A DNA stretch of 39,567 bases from an uncultured Thermodesulfobacteriota bacterium (GCA_964556045.1 CAZKUZ010000023.1:1-39567); one strand, 5' to 3'. Shown: positions 1 to 10,438, counted from the stretch's first letter. Numbers and translations: made by a program. Notes: generated by a model not told the origin, from the sequence alone.

Positions 1-549
1 GGTCAGGGCCGTCAACGACAACAAGAGAAGGTAAAACCGTTTGACGGGCAATCCCATGATCTCAGAAAACTCCGGATCGAAGGAAATGCTCAACCACTGC
101 CGATAGAAGAGGAGCGCCATCCCGACGACCAGGATATCCAGCGCCCCCATAAGAACCAGGTCCATCTTGGAGATCGTCAGGATGCTGCCAAAGAGATAAC
201 TCATCAGCCCCGCCTGGTATCCATGCGTCAAATCGGCGAAGATGATTCCGATGGCCATGCCCACCGCCCACATGACCCCGATCAGGGTGTCGATCCGCTG
301 TTTCGTCTTGTAGGAAACCGTTCCCATCCCAAGGGCCGCCATCAAGCTGAATATTACGGCCCCCGCCACGGGATTGAGTCCCAGGAACACGCCCAGGCCG
401 ATCCCTCCGTAGGCGGCGTGGGCGATTCCGCCGGTGATGAAGACGATACGGTTGATCACCACGTAGGTCCCGATGACGGCACAGGCGATACTGACAAGTA
501 TCCCCGCCCATAGGGCATTTTGAAAGAATTCAAAATGGAACAGGTTCAT
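1..549 (-). CDS. Metal (Zn/Mn-type, ABC-3 family) ABC transporter permease; its 3' end runs off the window
   Basis: This gene is absent from the ORF track because it has no stop inside the window. Reverse complement from the ATG at 549 reads MNLFHFEFFQNALWAGILVSIACAVIGTYVVINRIVFITGGIAHAAYGGIGLGVFLGLNP... and stays open to position 1 (183 codons). The product is hydrophobic and ZnuB/MntB-like. The gene starts 8 nt after the stop of the upstream ATPase gene. Track ORFs 62..511(-) and 223..513(+) are other frames with Arg/Gly/Pro-rich sequence. Confidence 0.85.
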   Translation of the reverse strand, partial: MNLFHFEFFQNALWAGILVSIACAVIGTYVVINRIVFITGGIAHAAYGGIGLGVFLGLNPVAGAVIFSLMAALGMGTVSYKTKQRIDTLIGVMWAVGMAIGIIFADLTHGYQAGLMSYLFGSILTISKMDLVLMGALDILVVGMALLFYRQWLSISFDPEFSEIMGLPVKRFYLLLLSLTALT

Positions 550-556
550 GCTTCCC

Positions 557-1312
557 CTACCCGTGATGCTTCAGGACCCGATGGGGCACCCCATGGGCGA
601 TCAGATCCACGGGGCACCGGTAGGTTTTCATCAACATCTCCTCGGTTATCTCCTTCTCTCCATGGTAGAAGAGCTGCTGATTCAGGCACGCAACCTTCTC
701 CACATAGGAGGAGATGACCCCAATATCGTGGGAAACGAGGCAAATGGTCAATTTTTCATTCAATCGGGACAGAATCTCGTAGATCGTCGATTGGAACTGG
801 CTGTCCACGCTCGCCGTCGGTTCGTCCAGGAGGAGAATCTCCGGATTCGTCACGAGGGCGCGGGCGATCAAGACCCGCTGTCTCTCCCCGCCCGAGAGAC
901 GGCCCATCTGGCGGTCCCTCAGCTCCCAGACTCCCATCTGACGCATCACCCGGTCAATGTTCTCCTGGCACCCCTGGTATTCCCCGTTCCCGAACTTCAG
1001 GTATTTCAGACACCCCATTCTCACCACATCCGCCACCTGGATGGGAAAGTCCGGATCGAAATCGATGGCTTGGGGGACATACCCGATCCTGTGCCGTGCC
1101 CGGTCCGGAGTCGTTCCCAGCACCTCCACGCGGCCACGTTCCGGTTTGACCAGCCCGAGGATCACCTTCAAGAGCGTCGTCTTCCCGCCCCCGTTCGGAC
1201 CGATGATTCCAAGAAAGTCCCCCTCGTACACGGTGAGGCTGACGTCCTCAAGGGCCGTGTGACCGTCATAGCTCGCCGTGACGTTTTCGAGACGGATAAC
1301 CGGCTTTTTCAT
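557..1312 (-). CDS. Metal ABC transporter ATP-binding protein (ZnuC/MntA-like)
   Basis: Contains Walker A GPNGGGKTT, the signature LSGGERQRVLIARAL, Walker B LLLDEP and an H-loop (VSHD). It sits between the binding-protein and permease genes. Confidence 0.9.
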   Translation of the reverse strand: MKKPVIRLENVTASYDGHTALEDVSLTVYEGDFLGIIGPNGGGKTTLLKVILGLVKPERGRVEVLGTTPDRARHRIGYVPQAIDFDPDFPIQVADVVRMGCLKYLKFGNGEYQGCQENIDRVMRQMGVWELRDRQMGRLSGGERQRVLIARALVTNPEILLLDEPTASVDSQFQSTIYEILSRLNEKLTICLVSHDIGVISSYVEKVACLNQQLFYHGEKEITEEMLMKTYRCPVDLIAHGVPHRVLKHHG

Positions 1313-1324
1313 CGGCGAGTTCCC

Positions 1325-2209
1325 CTATTCCCTGAGACAGGATCCAATCTTTTCGGCCACTTTCAATAGATTCGCCTCCCAGTCCTCCGCCATGGGATCC
1401 AGCAATACCAGGCGGCCATGGATCTGACGTGCCACGATCTCGGCGCTACGCGTATCGAACTGGGGCTGGGCGAAGACACAGCGGAGATGCCTCGCCCTGG
1501 CCAGGCGGATCACCTTGGAGAGATACGCCGCTCCCGGCGCCTTGCCCTCCTGCTCAATCGCTATCTGGGTCAAGCCGAACTCCCTCGCGAAGTAGCCCCA
1601 GCAGGGGTGATAGGCGAGGAAGACCCTGCGCTTGACCCTCCTTAAACGCTGCCCGATTTCCCTCGCAAGGCTATCGAGTCTCTTCAAGAATCTCTTCAGG
1701 TTTTCTTCGTAGTTCTTCTTACCGTCCTTATCAACCGTCTCAAGGGCATCCGCGATGATCACCGCCTGGCGCTTCACGAGTTCCGGGGAAAGCCAGACAT
1801 GCGGGTCCCCTTTGACGAGGTCCTTCAACCCCTCCGTGGTATCGACGACCTTCATCTCGCCGTTCACCGCCCGGAACTTTCCCATCCACGCGTTTTCGAA
1901 TGGAACGTGAATCCGGAAATAGAGGCTCGCCTTCGAGAGCTCCATGAGGGCCCTCGCCTTCGGTTCAAAGGTAGCTGGATTGGCGCCCGGCGGCAGCAAG
2001 ACCTGAACCGTGACACGGTCGCCTCCGATCTGTCTCACGAAAAAGGCCTGAGGAGGGATACTCACGGCCACGTGAAGGGGCGGTCGGCCCATGGCGCGAA
2101 CCGGCAGAAAGACCAGGGACAAGAGAATGACGCCGACGGCAAACCCTTTGGAAAACCGCGCCGACACGAAACGGGAAAAAGGCTCCTTCTTGCCACATCG
2201 ATTATCCAT
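1325..2209 (-). CDS. Metal ABC transporter periplasmic substrate-binding protein (TroA/ZnuA cluster A-I family)
   Basis: Carries the DPHVWLSP and VFAQPQF segments typical of ZnuA-like binding proteins, plus an N-terminal hydrophobic signal. I moved the start from the track's TTG (2221) to the ATG at 2209, which is preceded by GAGG. Metal specificity is unclear (see finding). Confidence 0.8.
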   Translation of the reverse strand: MDNRCGKKEPFSRFVSARFSKGFAVGVILLSLVFLPVRAMGRPPLHVAVSIPPQAFFVRQIGGDRVTVQVLLPPGANPATFEPKARALMELSKASLYFRIHVPFENAWMGKFRAVNGEMKVVDTTEGLKDLVKGDPHVWLSPELVKRQAVIIADALETVDKDGKKNYEENLKRFLKRLDSLAREIGQRLRRVKRRVFLAYHPCWGYFAREFGLTQIAIEQEGKAPGAAYLSKVIRLARARHLRCVFAQPQFDTRSAEIVARQIHGRLVLLDPMAEDWEANLLKVAEKIGSCLRE

Positions 2210-2241
2210 GGAGGACCTCAACTGATGGATACGTTTTTTTT

Positions 2242-2270
2242 ATCTTATGTCATCCGGTCATCCCGGTCAA
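2242..2270 (-). promoter_or_regulatory. Candidate sigma-70 promoter of the metal-uptake operon, with a direct repeat in the spacer
   Basis: The minus strand reads TTGACC-N17-TAAGAT. The 17-nt spacer is gGGATGACcGGATGACa, that is GGATGAC twice, which could be a repressor operator. Confidence 0.4.
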
Positions 2271-2271
2271 T

Positions 2272-2300
2272 AAAAAAGGGAGGGCGTTTCCCCTCCCTTT
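2272..2300 (-). terminator. Rho-independent terminator after groEL
   Basis: The stem GGGAGGG (2278-2284) / CCCTCCC (2291-2297) has a 6-nt loop. On the minus strand it is followed by TTTTTT (the A-run at 2272-2277). Confidence 0.7.
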
Positions 2301-2319
2301 CTTATTGAATTTACGGCTC

Positions 2320-3978
<1,659 letters not shown>

Positions 3979-3988
3979 TTATATTCGT

Positions 3989-4276
3989 TTATTCGATCAC
4001 ACCGAGAATGTCGTCTTCGCGCATGATCAGGTATTCTTCGCCTTCGATCTTCACTTCCGTGCCAGCGTATTTGCTGAACAGGACTTTGTCTCCAACCTTG
4101 ACATCCAGGGGAGAAACCTTTCCGTCGTCACGGACCTTTCCTTTACCAACGGCGATAATCTCACCCTGCTGCGGTTTTTCCTTGGCGGTATCGGGAATGA
4201 TAATCCCGCCCTTGGTCTTTTCCTCTTCCTCCAACCGTTTGACGATCACACGATCCTGCAATGGTCTAATCTTCAT
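3989..4276 (-). CDS. groS: Co-chaperonin GroES (Cpn10)
   Basis: [44 protein letters not shown]..., 95 aa. An AAGGAG SD lies 8 nt upstream of the start, and the gene sits directly upstream of groEL. Confidence 0.98.
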   Translation of the reverse strand: MKIRPLQDRVIVKRLEEEEKTKGGIIIPDTAKEKPQQGEIIAVGKGKVRDDGKVSPLDVKVGDKVLFSKYAGTEVKIEGEEYLIMREDDILGVIE

Positions 4277-4376
4277 TTCATCAACTCCTTTCCGTCGTTT
4301 TTTAATAACTAATTTTACAGGTTGTTTTAAAACGAATTAAAATTACTGCCACTTCACCTCCTTCTCTTCCATGGTA

Positions 4377-4403
4377 TTAGCGCTCGTCTCTGATGAGTGC
4401 TGA
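4377..4403 (-). promoter_or_regulatory. CIRCE operator (HrcA binding site) of groESL
   Basis: TTAGCGCTC-N9-GAGTGCTGA compared with the CIRCE consensus TTAGCACTC-N9-GAGTGCTAA. It lies immediately downstream of the -10 element. Confidence 0.85.
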
Positions 4404-4404
4404 T

Positions 4405-4432
4405 AATATAGACATCTTTTTTTCCGTGTCAA
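4405..4432 (-). promoter_or_regulatory. Sigma-70 promoter of groESL
   Basis: The minus strand reads TTGACA (4432-4427), a 16-nt spacer, then TATATT (4410-4405). Confidence 0.65.
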
Positions 4433-4479
4433 GATCTGTCCAAAAAATTTTGCGTTTTTTTCGACGCGGCGGAATACAC

Positions 4480-4513
4480 AAAAAAGGGGTGAAAAGGGTA
4501 CCCTTTTCACCCC
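4480..4513 (-). terminator. Rho-independent terminator after the SYLF gene
   Basis: A perfect 13-bp stem, GGGGTGAAAAGGG-TA-CCCTTTTCACCCC (4486-4513), is followed on the minus strand by TTTTTT. Confidence 0.8.
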
Positions 4514-4534
4514 CATAAAAATATCCTGGATGGG

Positions 4535-5224
4535 TTATTTTCTGATTTTCGACACAACCTGCCGGAGACGATCCGCGCCGGGATTCTTGACGACCCGGCG
4601 AATCAGGATATCCGACACGGTCACCGGCTTGCCATAGTAAGCCTCGTTGTAATCGCTCCGCGGGGCGAGGACACCACCATCGAGGCTGATCCCGGCAAAG
4701 GCCCCCTTCGAGTGGGCGAAGGCGACGATATCCGTCAGCTTTCCCTTCGCTCCCGCGCCCACGGGACCCGCGGCGATTCCCACGTCCCCTCCCAGCTTGA
4801 TGGAAGCGGAGAGAAGGGCATCCAACCCCTTTCGCGTCATCACCATGAGAAGCAGTTCAGAGATTTTTCCCCCGATCTGAAGGCCGAAAGAAACGGATCC
4901 CATCGTGAAGAACGCGGGATAGCTCCACTCTCCCGTTTTCGCGTCCCGGGCCAACGCCACGCCGCTTCCCCCTTCACCTCCCACGATGAAGGCCCCCTTC
5001 ATGAAGCTGGGAAAGATGATGATCGCCTCGGCGGCCTGCAAATGACCTCTGGCCCACCCCATATTGGGATCCGACAAGACGCGCTGGATAACGATGGTCG
5101 CCTTGTCCACCAGTTCCTGCTCTTCCGTATAGCTTCCCGCCCAGACCGGCTGGCTCAAGATAAACAAGCCTATGAAAACCGCCAAAAGCGCCGTGAATCC
5201 TCTCTTCATACCACTTTTGCCCAT
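4535..5224 (-). CDS. SYLF (Ysc84-like, DUF500) lipid-binding domain protein, secreted or membrane-anchored
   Basis: The segments GGEGGSGVALARD...WSYPAFFTMGSVSFGLQIGG...LGGDVGIAAGPVGAG match my recollection of the SYLF family. There is a hydrophobic N-terminus. I set the start at the ATG at 5224 (MGKSGMKRGF), which follows AGGAGG; the track start at 5275 would overlap the candidate promoter. Confidence 0.75.
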   Translation of the reverse strand: MGKSGMKRGFTALLAVFIGLFILSQPVWAGSYTEEQELVDKATIVIQRVLSDPNMGWARGHLQAAEAIIIFPSFMKGAFIVGGEGGSGVALARDAKTGEWSYPAFFTMGSVSFGLQIGGKISELLLMVMTRKGLDALLSASIKLGGDVGIAAGPVGAGAKGKLTDIVAFAHSKGAFAGISLDGGVLAPRSDYNEAYYGKPVTVSDILIRRVVKNPGADRLRQVVSKIRK

Positions 5225-5246
5225 CCCTTCCTCCTTTGTTTTTTTA

Positions 5247-5275
5247 AATCTATCATATTCCCCTTCGGAAGACAA
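5247..5275 (-). promoter_or_regulatory. Candidate sigma-70 promoter of the SYLF gene
   Basis: The minus strand reads TTGTCT-N17-TAGATT. Confidence 0.35.
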
Positions 5276-5306
5276 TTTACATTCCTTTCCACTGTCGGCA
5301 TGCAGG

Positions 5307-6608
5307 CTACCGGCGCTGATCGATCACCCGTTTCGCTTTTCCCTCGCTCCGTTCGATCACCTTGTAAGGGACAATGCGCACATGGGCGCTCAACCCGATA
5401 ATCCCCCTGATGCGATCCTGGATCTTCGCCTCGATCTCCTTCAGCTTTTCCTTTCCCAGGTCGTAGATCTCCTTCCGGGCCTCCACATCGATGGCGAGAC
5501 GATCCAGGTAGCCCCGTTTACTGACGATGATGACATACTGGGGACTGACCTCCGGGATCTCCAGGAGAATGCTCTCGATCTGGGAAGGATAGAGATTGAC
5601 GCCGTTCACGATCAGCATGTCGTCCGAACGGGCCGCCACCCGGTCCATTTTCAGCAGGGTACGGCCACACGGGCACGGTTCCCGATACAGCCGCGTCAGG
5701 TCTCTCACGCGGTACCGAATCAGCGGCATCGCCCTCCGCTGAATGGCCGTCAGGACAAGCTCGCCCTCCTCCCCAAGGGGCAGGGGCTCCTCCGTCACCG
5801 GGTCGATCACCTCCGCGATAAAGTAATCCTCATTGATATGAAGGCCCTTCTTCTCCGGGCAACTGAACGCCACCCCCGGTCCGCCCATCTCCGTCAAGCC
5901 GTAAGATTCCATCGCCACAATCCCCAGCCGCTCCTCGATCTCCCGGCGCATCTCTTCCGACCACGGCTCCGCCCCGAAGACACCGATCCTGAGCGAGGTG
6001 TCCCGGAGATTCACCCCCAACTCCGCGGCCTTTTCCGCGATGGTCAGGGCGTAGGAAGGGGTCGAATAGAGGACGGTGGTCTTGAAGTCCCGGATGAGGA
6101 TGATCTGGCGTTCCGTCTGACCGGCTCCGGAAGGAACCAGGGTAGCCCCCAAAGTCTCCGTCCCGATCAGAAATCCCAAACCTCCCGTGAAGAGCCCCAT
6201 GTTATAGGCGTTCTGGCAGATGTCGGACGGGCGTACCCCCGCGGACCAGAAGGTTCGAGCCATACACTCTCCCCACTGCGCCATGTCGTCGCGGGTGTAT
6301 CCTCCCGTGATCGGCTTCCCCGTGGTTCCCGAGGAGGCATGAATGCGGACACACTCCTGGGGAGGAACGGCAAAAAGCCCGAAGGGATAGTTCTCCCGGA
6401 GATCCGACTTAATCGTGAAGGGAAGACGGGGAAGGTCCTCAAGGCTCTGAATGTCCTCGGGGCCAACCCCGTATTCGTCAAACTTGGCCCGGTAAAAAGG
6501 GACCCTTTCGTAGACCCATTTCACGGTTTCCTTCAGTTTCGCCAGCTGAAGGGCCTTCATGGTCTCTTCCGGCATGGTCTCGGCCGTTTCGTTCCAGAAC
6601 TTTTTCAT
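5307..6608 (-). CDS. Phenylacetate-CoA ligase family (PaaK-like / F390-synthetase-like) adenylate-forming enzyme
   Basis: 433 aa. Contains LPFTIKSDLRENYPFGLFAVP, SSGTTGKP, and the C-terminal SEGKAKRVIDQR typical of PaaK-type ligases. Confidence 0.85.
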   Translation of the reverse strand: MKKFWNETAETMPEETMKALQLAKLKETVKWVYERVPFYRAKFDEYGVGPEDIQSLEDLPRLPFTIKSDLRENYPFGLFAVPPQECVRIHASSGTTGKPITGGYTRDDMAQWGECMARTFWSAGVRPSDICQNAYNMGLFTGGLGFLIGTETLGATLVPSGAGQTERQIILIRDFKTTVLYSTPSYALTIAEKAAELGVNLRDTSLRIGVFGAEPWSEEMRREIEERLGIVAMESYGLTEMGGPGVAFSCPEKKGLHINEDYFIAEVIDPVTEEPLPLGEEGELVLTAIQRRAMPLIRYRVRDLTRLYREPCPCGRTLLKMDRVAARSDDMLIVNGVNLYPSQIESILLEIPEVSPQYVIIVSKRGYLDRLAIDVEARKEIYDLGKEKLKEIEAKIQDRIRGIIGLSAHVRIVPYKVIERSEGKAKRVIDQRR

Positions 6609-6676
6609 GGTCCCTTTTCACCTCCTCCTCCGGAAGGCGCCCGCGGGAAAAGAAGGATCGACGCGGATGAGGCTCC

Positions 6677-8242
6677 CTAAATCTTGAAGCTCTCCGCCAT
6701 TCCCGCGTACTGTTTTCTCAGTTTCGGTTTTTCAATCTTCCCGGTCGGGTTTCTCGGCACCTCACCGAAGATAACCTTCCTCGGGCGCTTGTACCTCGGC
6801 AGCTTTTCGCAGAACTTGAAGACCTCTTCCTCCGTGAGCGTCTTTCCGGGCTTGACCTGGATGATGGCGCAGACGATCTCTCCCAGCCGCTCATCCGGAA
6901 GCCCGATGACCGCCGCGTCCCCGACGGCGGGATGTTCGTGCAGAAAGTCTTCCACTTCCACGGGGAAGATGTTTTCGCCGCCCGTGATGATGACATCCTT
7001 TTTCCGGTCCACGAGCCAGATGAAGCCGTCCTCGTCAACCTTGGCGATATCCCCCGTGAGAAGCCAGCCGTCGACCAGGGTGCGGGCGGTGGCTTCGGGG
7101 TTCTTGTAGTATTCCTTCATAACGCCGGGACCACGCACGGCCAGTTCCCCCGGCTCGCCCGGCTTAACCGGATTGAGCTCCATATCCACGACGCGGGTTT
7201 CCCAATCGAATCCCGGAATGCCGATGGCGCCGACCTTGTGCTCGTTGCCCATCCCAAGGTGGACGCACCCCGGGCCGGTGCTCTCGCTCAGGCCGTAGTC
7301 GGTATCGTAGGCCTGGTTGGGGAAGACCTTTTTCCACTGCTTGATCAGGGCGGGAGGAACGGGCTGCGCCCCGATGTGCATGAGACGCCACTGATCCAGC
7401 TTGTAGTTTTTCAGATCCACATCCCCGTTCTCGATGGCGATGAGGATATCCTGGGCCCACGGAACGAGGAGCCAGACGATGGTCACGTTCTCTTCGGAAA
7501 CGGCCTCCAGGATCCACTGGGGTTTGATCCCCTTCAGGATAACCGCCGGAGCCCCCACGATGAAGTTCCCGAACCAGTGCATCTTGGCTCCTGTGTGGTA
7601 GAGGGGCGGGATAAGGAGAAAATTGTCCTCATGGGTCTGGAGGTGATGACGGTTTTCCGTGATGCAGGCCGACTCCAGGTTTTTGTGGGTCAGCAGGATG
7701 GGTTTCGGCTGCCCCGTGGTACCGGACGTGAAGTAGAGCCCCGCCTCATCCTCGTAGTGGAGTTCCACCTTGGGCTCGGTGGCGTCTCCCCGGGCCAGGA
7801 CATCCATGAAATTCTCCGTCCCCTCGGGGGTCTGTTCCCCAACGAAAAAGTAGTTTTCAATCGTCTCAAGCTCGGGCCGGATGGTGTCCACCCTCTCTAT
7901 GAACTGCTCTCCATAGATCATGGCCTTCGCCCCGGCGATCCTGGCACAGTAGAGGATATCGTCCGCCGTGAACCGGAAATTCAGCGGGACAGCCCACGCC
8001 CCCGTCCTCAAAATTCCGAAATAGGCGGGAAGCCATTCCAGACAGTTCATCATGAGGTGAATGACCTTGTCTCCCTTTTTGATCCCCTTCTCCATCAGGG
8101 CGTTGGCAAATTTGTTGGCCTGCTCATCAAATTCCTTCCATGTCATCTCACTCCTGAATCCCTTTTCCGGGTCACGCTCCACAAGGGCGATCTCATCCCC
8201 GTACATCCGCGCGTTCCTCGCAAGAATTTCCGTAACCAACAT
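6677..8242 (-). CDS. AMP-dependent acyl-CoA synthetase/ligase (FadD-like, class I adenylate-forming)
   Basis: 521 aa. Contains YFTSGTTGQPKP (A3), YGLSE, TGDIAKVDEDGFIWLVDRKKDVII (A8) and PRNPTGKIEKPKL (A10). An AGGAGG SD lies 8 nt upstream of the ATG. Confidence 0.9.
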   Translation of the reverse strand: MLVTEILARNARMYGDEIALVERDPEKGFRSEMTWKEFDEQANKFANALMEKGIKKGDKVIHLMMNCLEWLPAYFGILRTGAWAVPLNFRFTADDILYCARIAGAKAMIYGEQFIERVDTIRPELETIENYFFVGEQTPEGTENFMDVLARGDATEPKVELHYEDEAGLYFTSGTTGQPKPILLTHKNLESACITENRHHLQTHEDNFLLIPPLYHTGAKMHWFGNFIVGAPAVILKGIKPQWILEAVSEENVTIVWLLVPWAQDILIAIENGDVDLKNYKLDQWRLMHIGAQPVPPALIKQWKKVFPNQAYDTDYGLSESTGPGCVHLGMGNEHKVGAIGIPGFDWETRVVDMELNPVKPGEPGELAVRGPGVMKEYYKNPEATARTLVDGWLLTGDIAKVDEDGFIWLVDRKKDVIITGGENIFPVEVEDFLHEHPAVGDAAVIGLPDERLGEIVCAIIQVKPGKTLTEEEVFKFCEKLPRYKRPRKVIFGEVPRNPTGKIEKPKLRKQYAGMAESFKI

Positions 8243-8288
8243 CTGTCTCTCCTCCTTTTGCCGTTTTTTTATTTACAAAACGGGGAAT

Positions 8289-10268
8289 CTATCCAGCCCG
8301 TTCCCCTTCCTTCTCCTCGGTTATATCCCCTTCCGTCGGCGGGGAGGCCTCCTTCTCGAAATCCATCTTGATGAAGAGGATGCCACCCCCTTCCCTGGAA
8401 ACCTCCGCGTTGGGATAGTGTTTCTTGAGGATGTGAATCATGGGGAGATTCTCCTCCATGACCGTGGCGGTGAATCCCTTGTAGTTGTTTTCCTTGGCGA
8501 TCCTCTCCAGGTGCCCCAGCAAGAACTTGGTAATCCCCTTTCCCTGGTAATCCTCCCGCACGATAAAGGCCAGCATCGCATACCCCGGGGTCTCGGGATC
8601 ATACGCGTACCGCCCGATGGCAATGATTTCCTCCACCCCTTCGGTCTGGATGATGCCCACGAGGGCCATGTCCTTTCCATACGTGATGTTCGTCCACTTC
8701 TGTGCCCGTTCATGGGGCCACTCGCGGACGTTCTGGAAGAATCGGTAATAAATCGACTTCTCTTTGAGCTTGTAAAAGAAGTTCCGGCTCATGAATTCGT
8801 CGCTGGGACGGATGGGCCTGAAATGGATCTTGGTCCCGTCCTCGAGAATCAGGTCCGTGGCATAGCGCTCCAGGGCGAGCCAGTCCTCTTTGGGAGGGGC
8901 GATCTGGTCCTGGAAGATGTAATGGTGCTTCTTCGCCTTTTCCATGAGGGTCTTTCTGAACCTGGGGTGGGCCATCTGAACCAGCTCCACCACCCGCTGA
9001 TAGATGTCCTTGCCGTAGAGCTGGGCGATCCCGTACTCGGTGACCACGTACTTGGTGTCGGCGCGCGTATTGGTCACGCCCGCCCCCTCACTGAGGTGGC
9101 TTACAATCCTCGAGACCTTCCCGTTCTTCGCCGTCGACGGCATGGCAATGATGGAAATCCCGCCCTTGGAGCGGTTCGCCCCCCGGATGAAGTCGACCTG
9201 ATCCCCCATCCCGCTGTAGAAGGTATAGCCCAGCGAATCGGCACAGACCTGCCCGGTGACATCGATCTCCAGGGCCGTGCTGATGGAGACGAGATTGTCG
9301 TTCTGGGCGATGATGTTGGGATGGTTCACGTACTCGGAGGGACGAAATTCCACCATGGGGTTGTTGTTGACGAAACGGTAGAGGCGCTCCGTTCCCATGG
9401 CCAGGGAGGTGATGATCTTCCCGGGATGGAAATTTTTCCGTTTGTTGGTGATGACCCCCTGCTCGATCAGGTCGATGAAGCCATCGGAAATCATCTGGGT
9501 ATGGACCCCAAGATCCTTTTTGTCCTTCAGGAAAGAGAGCACGGCATTCGGGATCTTCCCGAATCCCACCTGAAGGGTCGCCCCGTCCTCGATGAGCCGG
9601 GAAGCGAAATACCCGATCCGTCTCGCCGTCTCATTCAGGGCGGGGGGAATGGTCTGATAGAGGGGCTCCTCATAGGGAACCAGGATGTCAATATCGTCCA
9701 CGTGAACGAAGCTGTCCCCCCACGTCTTCGGCATCTGGGGATTGACCTGGGCGATGACCAGTTCGGCGTTTCGCACCGCGGATTTCGTGATATCCACCGA
9801 CACCCCCAGGCTGCAAAACCCGTGCTCGTCGGGAGGGGTCACCTGGATCAAGGCGACCTCCAGGCCGATCCGCTTGGTGTCAAAGAGGGTCGGGATCTCC
9901 GAGAGGTAGGCGGGAACGTAATTGATCTTCCCCTCCTCCGCCGCCTTGCGGAGACTCAGGCTCACGAAAAAGGCCTTGATCGTGAAGCGGTCCAGGAAAT
10001 CCTCTTTGTCCAAGTAGTGGGCGAGGGTAAAGGGAAGGATCTGAAAAAGCTCCATATCCCGGGCGTTGGGATAGTTAACGAGATGCTTCAGGAGATACTG
10101 AGGCTCTCCACAGCCCGTCCCGATAAAGACCCGGCTTCCCCGGCGGACCTCCTTGATTGCCCGCTCCACCTTTCGGACCTTCCGAGGATAACGGTCCCTC
10201 ATGAGGGCGAACAAGACGCGATTGGGATCCCGGTCCGTCAGCAGAGAAAAGAGATTGTTTTCAACCAC
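8289..10268 (-). CDS. Fusion protein: an acetyl-CoA hydrolase/transferase-family domain (about 450 aa) with a C-terminal GNAT acetyltransferase domain (about 170 aa)
   Basis: The N-terminal part carries ALEIDVTGQV, YSGMGDQVDFIRGA and YVVTEYGIAQLYGK, which are signature segments of the 4-hydroxybutyrate/acetyl-CoA transferase family as I recall them. The C-terminal part carries ...LAFIVREDYQGKGITKFLLGHLERIAKENNYKGF..., a GNAT Q-x-x-G-x-G/A-like acetyl-CoA loop. The start is uncertain: GTG at 10268, or Met-23. Confidence 0.8.
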   Translation of the reverse strand: MVENNLFSLLTDRDPNRVLFALMRDRYPRKVRKVERAIKEVRRGSRVFIGTGCGEPQYLLKHLVNYPNARDMELFQILPFTLAHYLDKEDFLDRFTIKAFFVSLSLRKAAEEGKINYVPAYLSEIPTLFDTKRIGLEVALIQVTPPDEHGFCSLGVSVDITKSAVRNAELVIAQVNPQMPKTWGDSFVHVDDIDILVPYEEPLYQTIPPALNETARRIGYFASRLIEDGATLQVGFGKIPNAVLSFLKDKKDLGVHTQMISDGFIDLIEQGVITNKRKNFHPGKIITSLAMGTERLYRFVNNNPMVEFRPSEYVNHPNIIAQNDNLVSISTALEIDVTGQVCADSLGYTFYSGMGDQVDFIRGANRSKGGISIIAMPSTAKNGKVSRIVSHLSEGAGVTNTRADTKYVVTEYGIAQLYGKDIYQRVVELVQMAHPRFRKTLMEKAKKHHYIFQDQIAPPKEDWLALERYATDLILEDGTKIHFRPIRPSDEFMSRNFFYKLKEKSIYYRFFQNVREWPHERAQKWTNITYGKDMALVGIIQTEGVEEIIAIGRYAYDPETPGYAMLAFIVREDYQGKGITKFLLGHLERIAKENNYKGFTATVMEENLPMIHILKKHYPNAEVSREGGGILFIKMDFEKEASPPTEGDITEEKEGERAG

Positions 10269-10382
10269 GTTCCACCCGTTGGGATAATGTGCCGGAGTTA
10301 AAGCGTGCCACGACGCCTCTCGTTACTTTTTTCACTTACCTAACTCTAAAAAAACACCCCCCGAAAGTCAAGGCATCGGGCT

Positions 10383-10411
10383 TTGACTTGTCTCCAAAAT
10401 TCTGATAGATA
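10383..10411 (+). promoter_or_regulatory. Candidate sigma-70 promoter for the small ORF
   Basis: TTGACT (10383-10388), a 17-nt spacer, then TAGATA (10406-10411). Confidence 0.45.
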
Positions 10412-10438
10412 AAAGCAACTTTAAAATTGAGGATCAGT

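Noticed and set aside
62-513. Track ORFs 62..511(-) and 223..513(+) at the left edge.
   Set aside because: They are in the wrong frames. The minus-strand frame starting at 549 gives a clean ZnuB/MntB-like permease that stays open to position 1.
4277-4376. Mini-ORFs in the groES 5' leader: MEEKEVKWQ, and a GTG-initiated 16-mer after a second GGAGG.
   Set aside because: They are very short, have no conservation evidence, and lie in an AT-rich leader where such frames arise by chance. CIRCE/HrcA already explains the regulation.
10305-10310. A TGGCAC (minus strand) upstream of the CoA-transferase/GNAT gene, considered as a possible sigma-54 -24 element.
   Set aside because: The required TTGC at the -12 spacing is absent; the sequence reads TGGCACgctttAACT.
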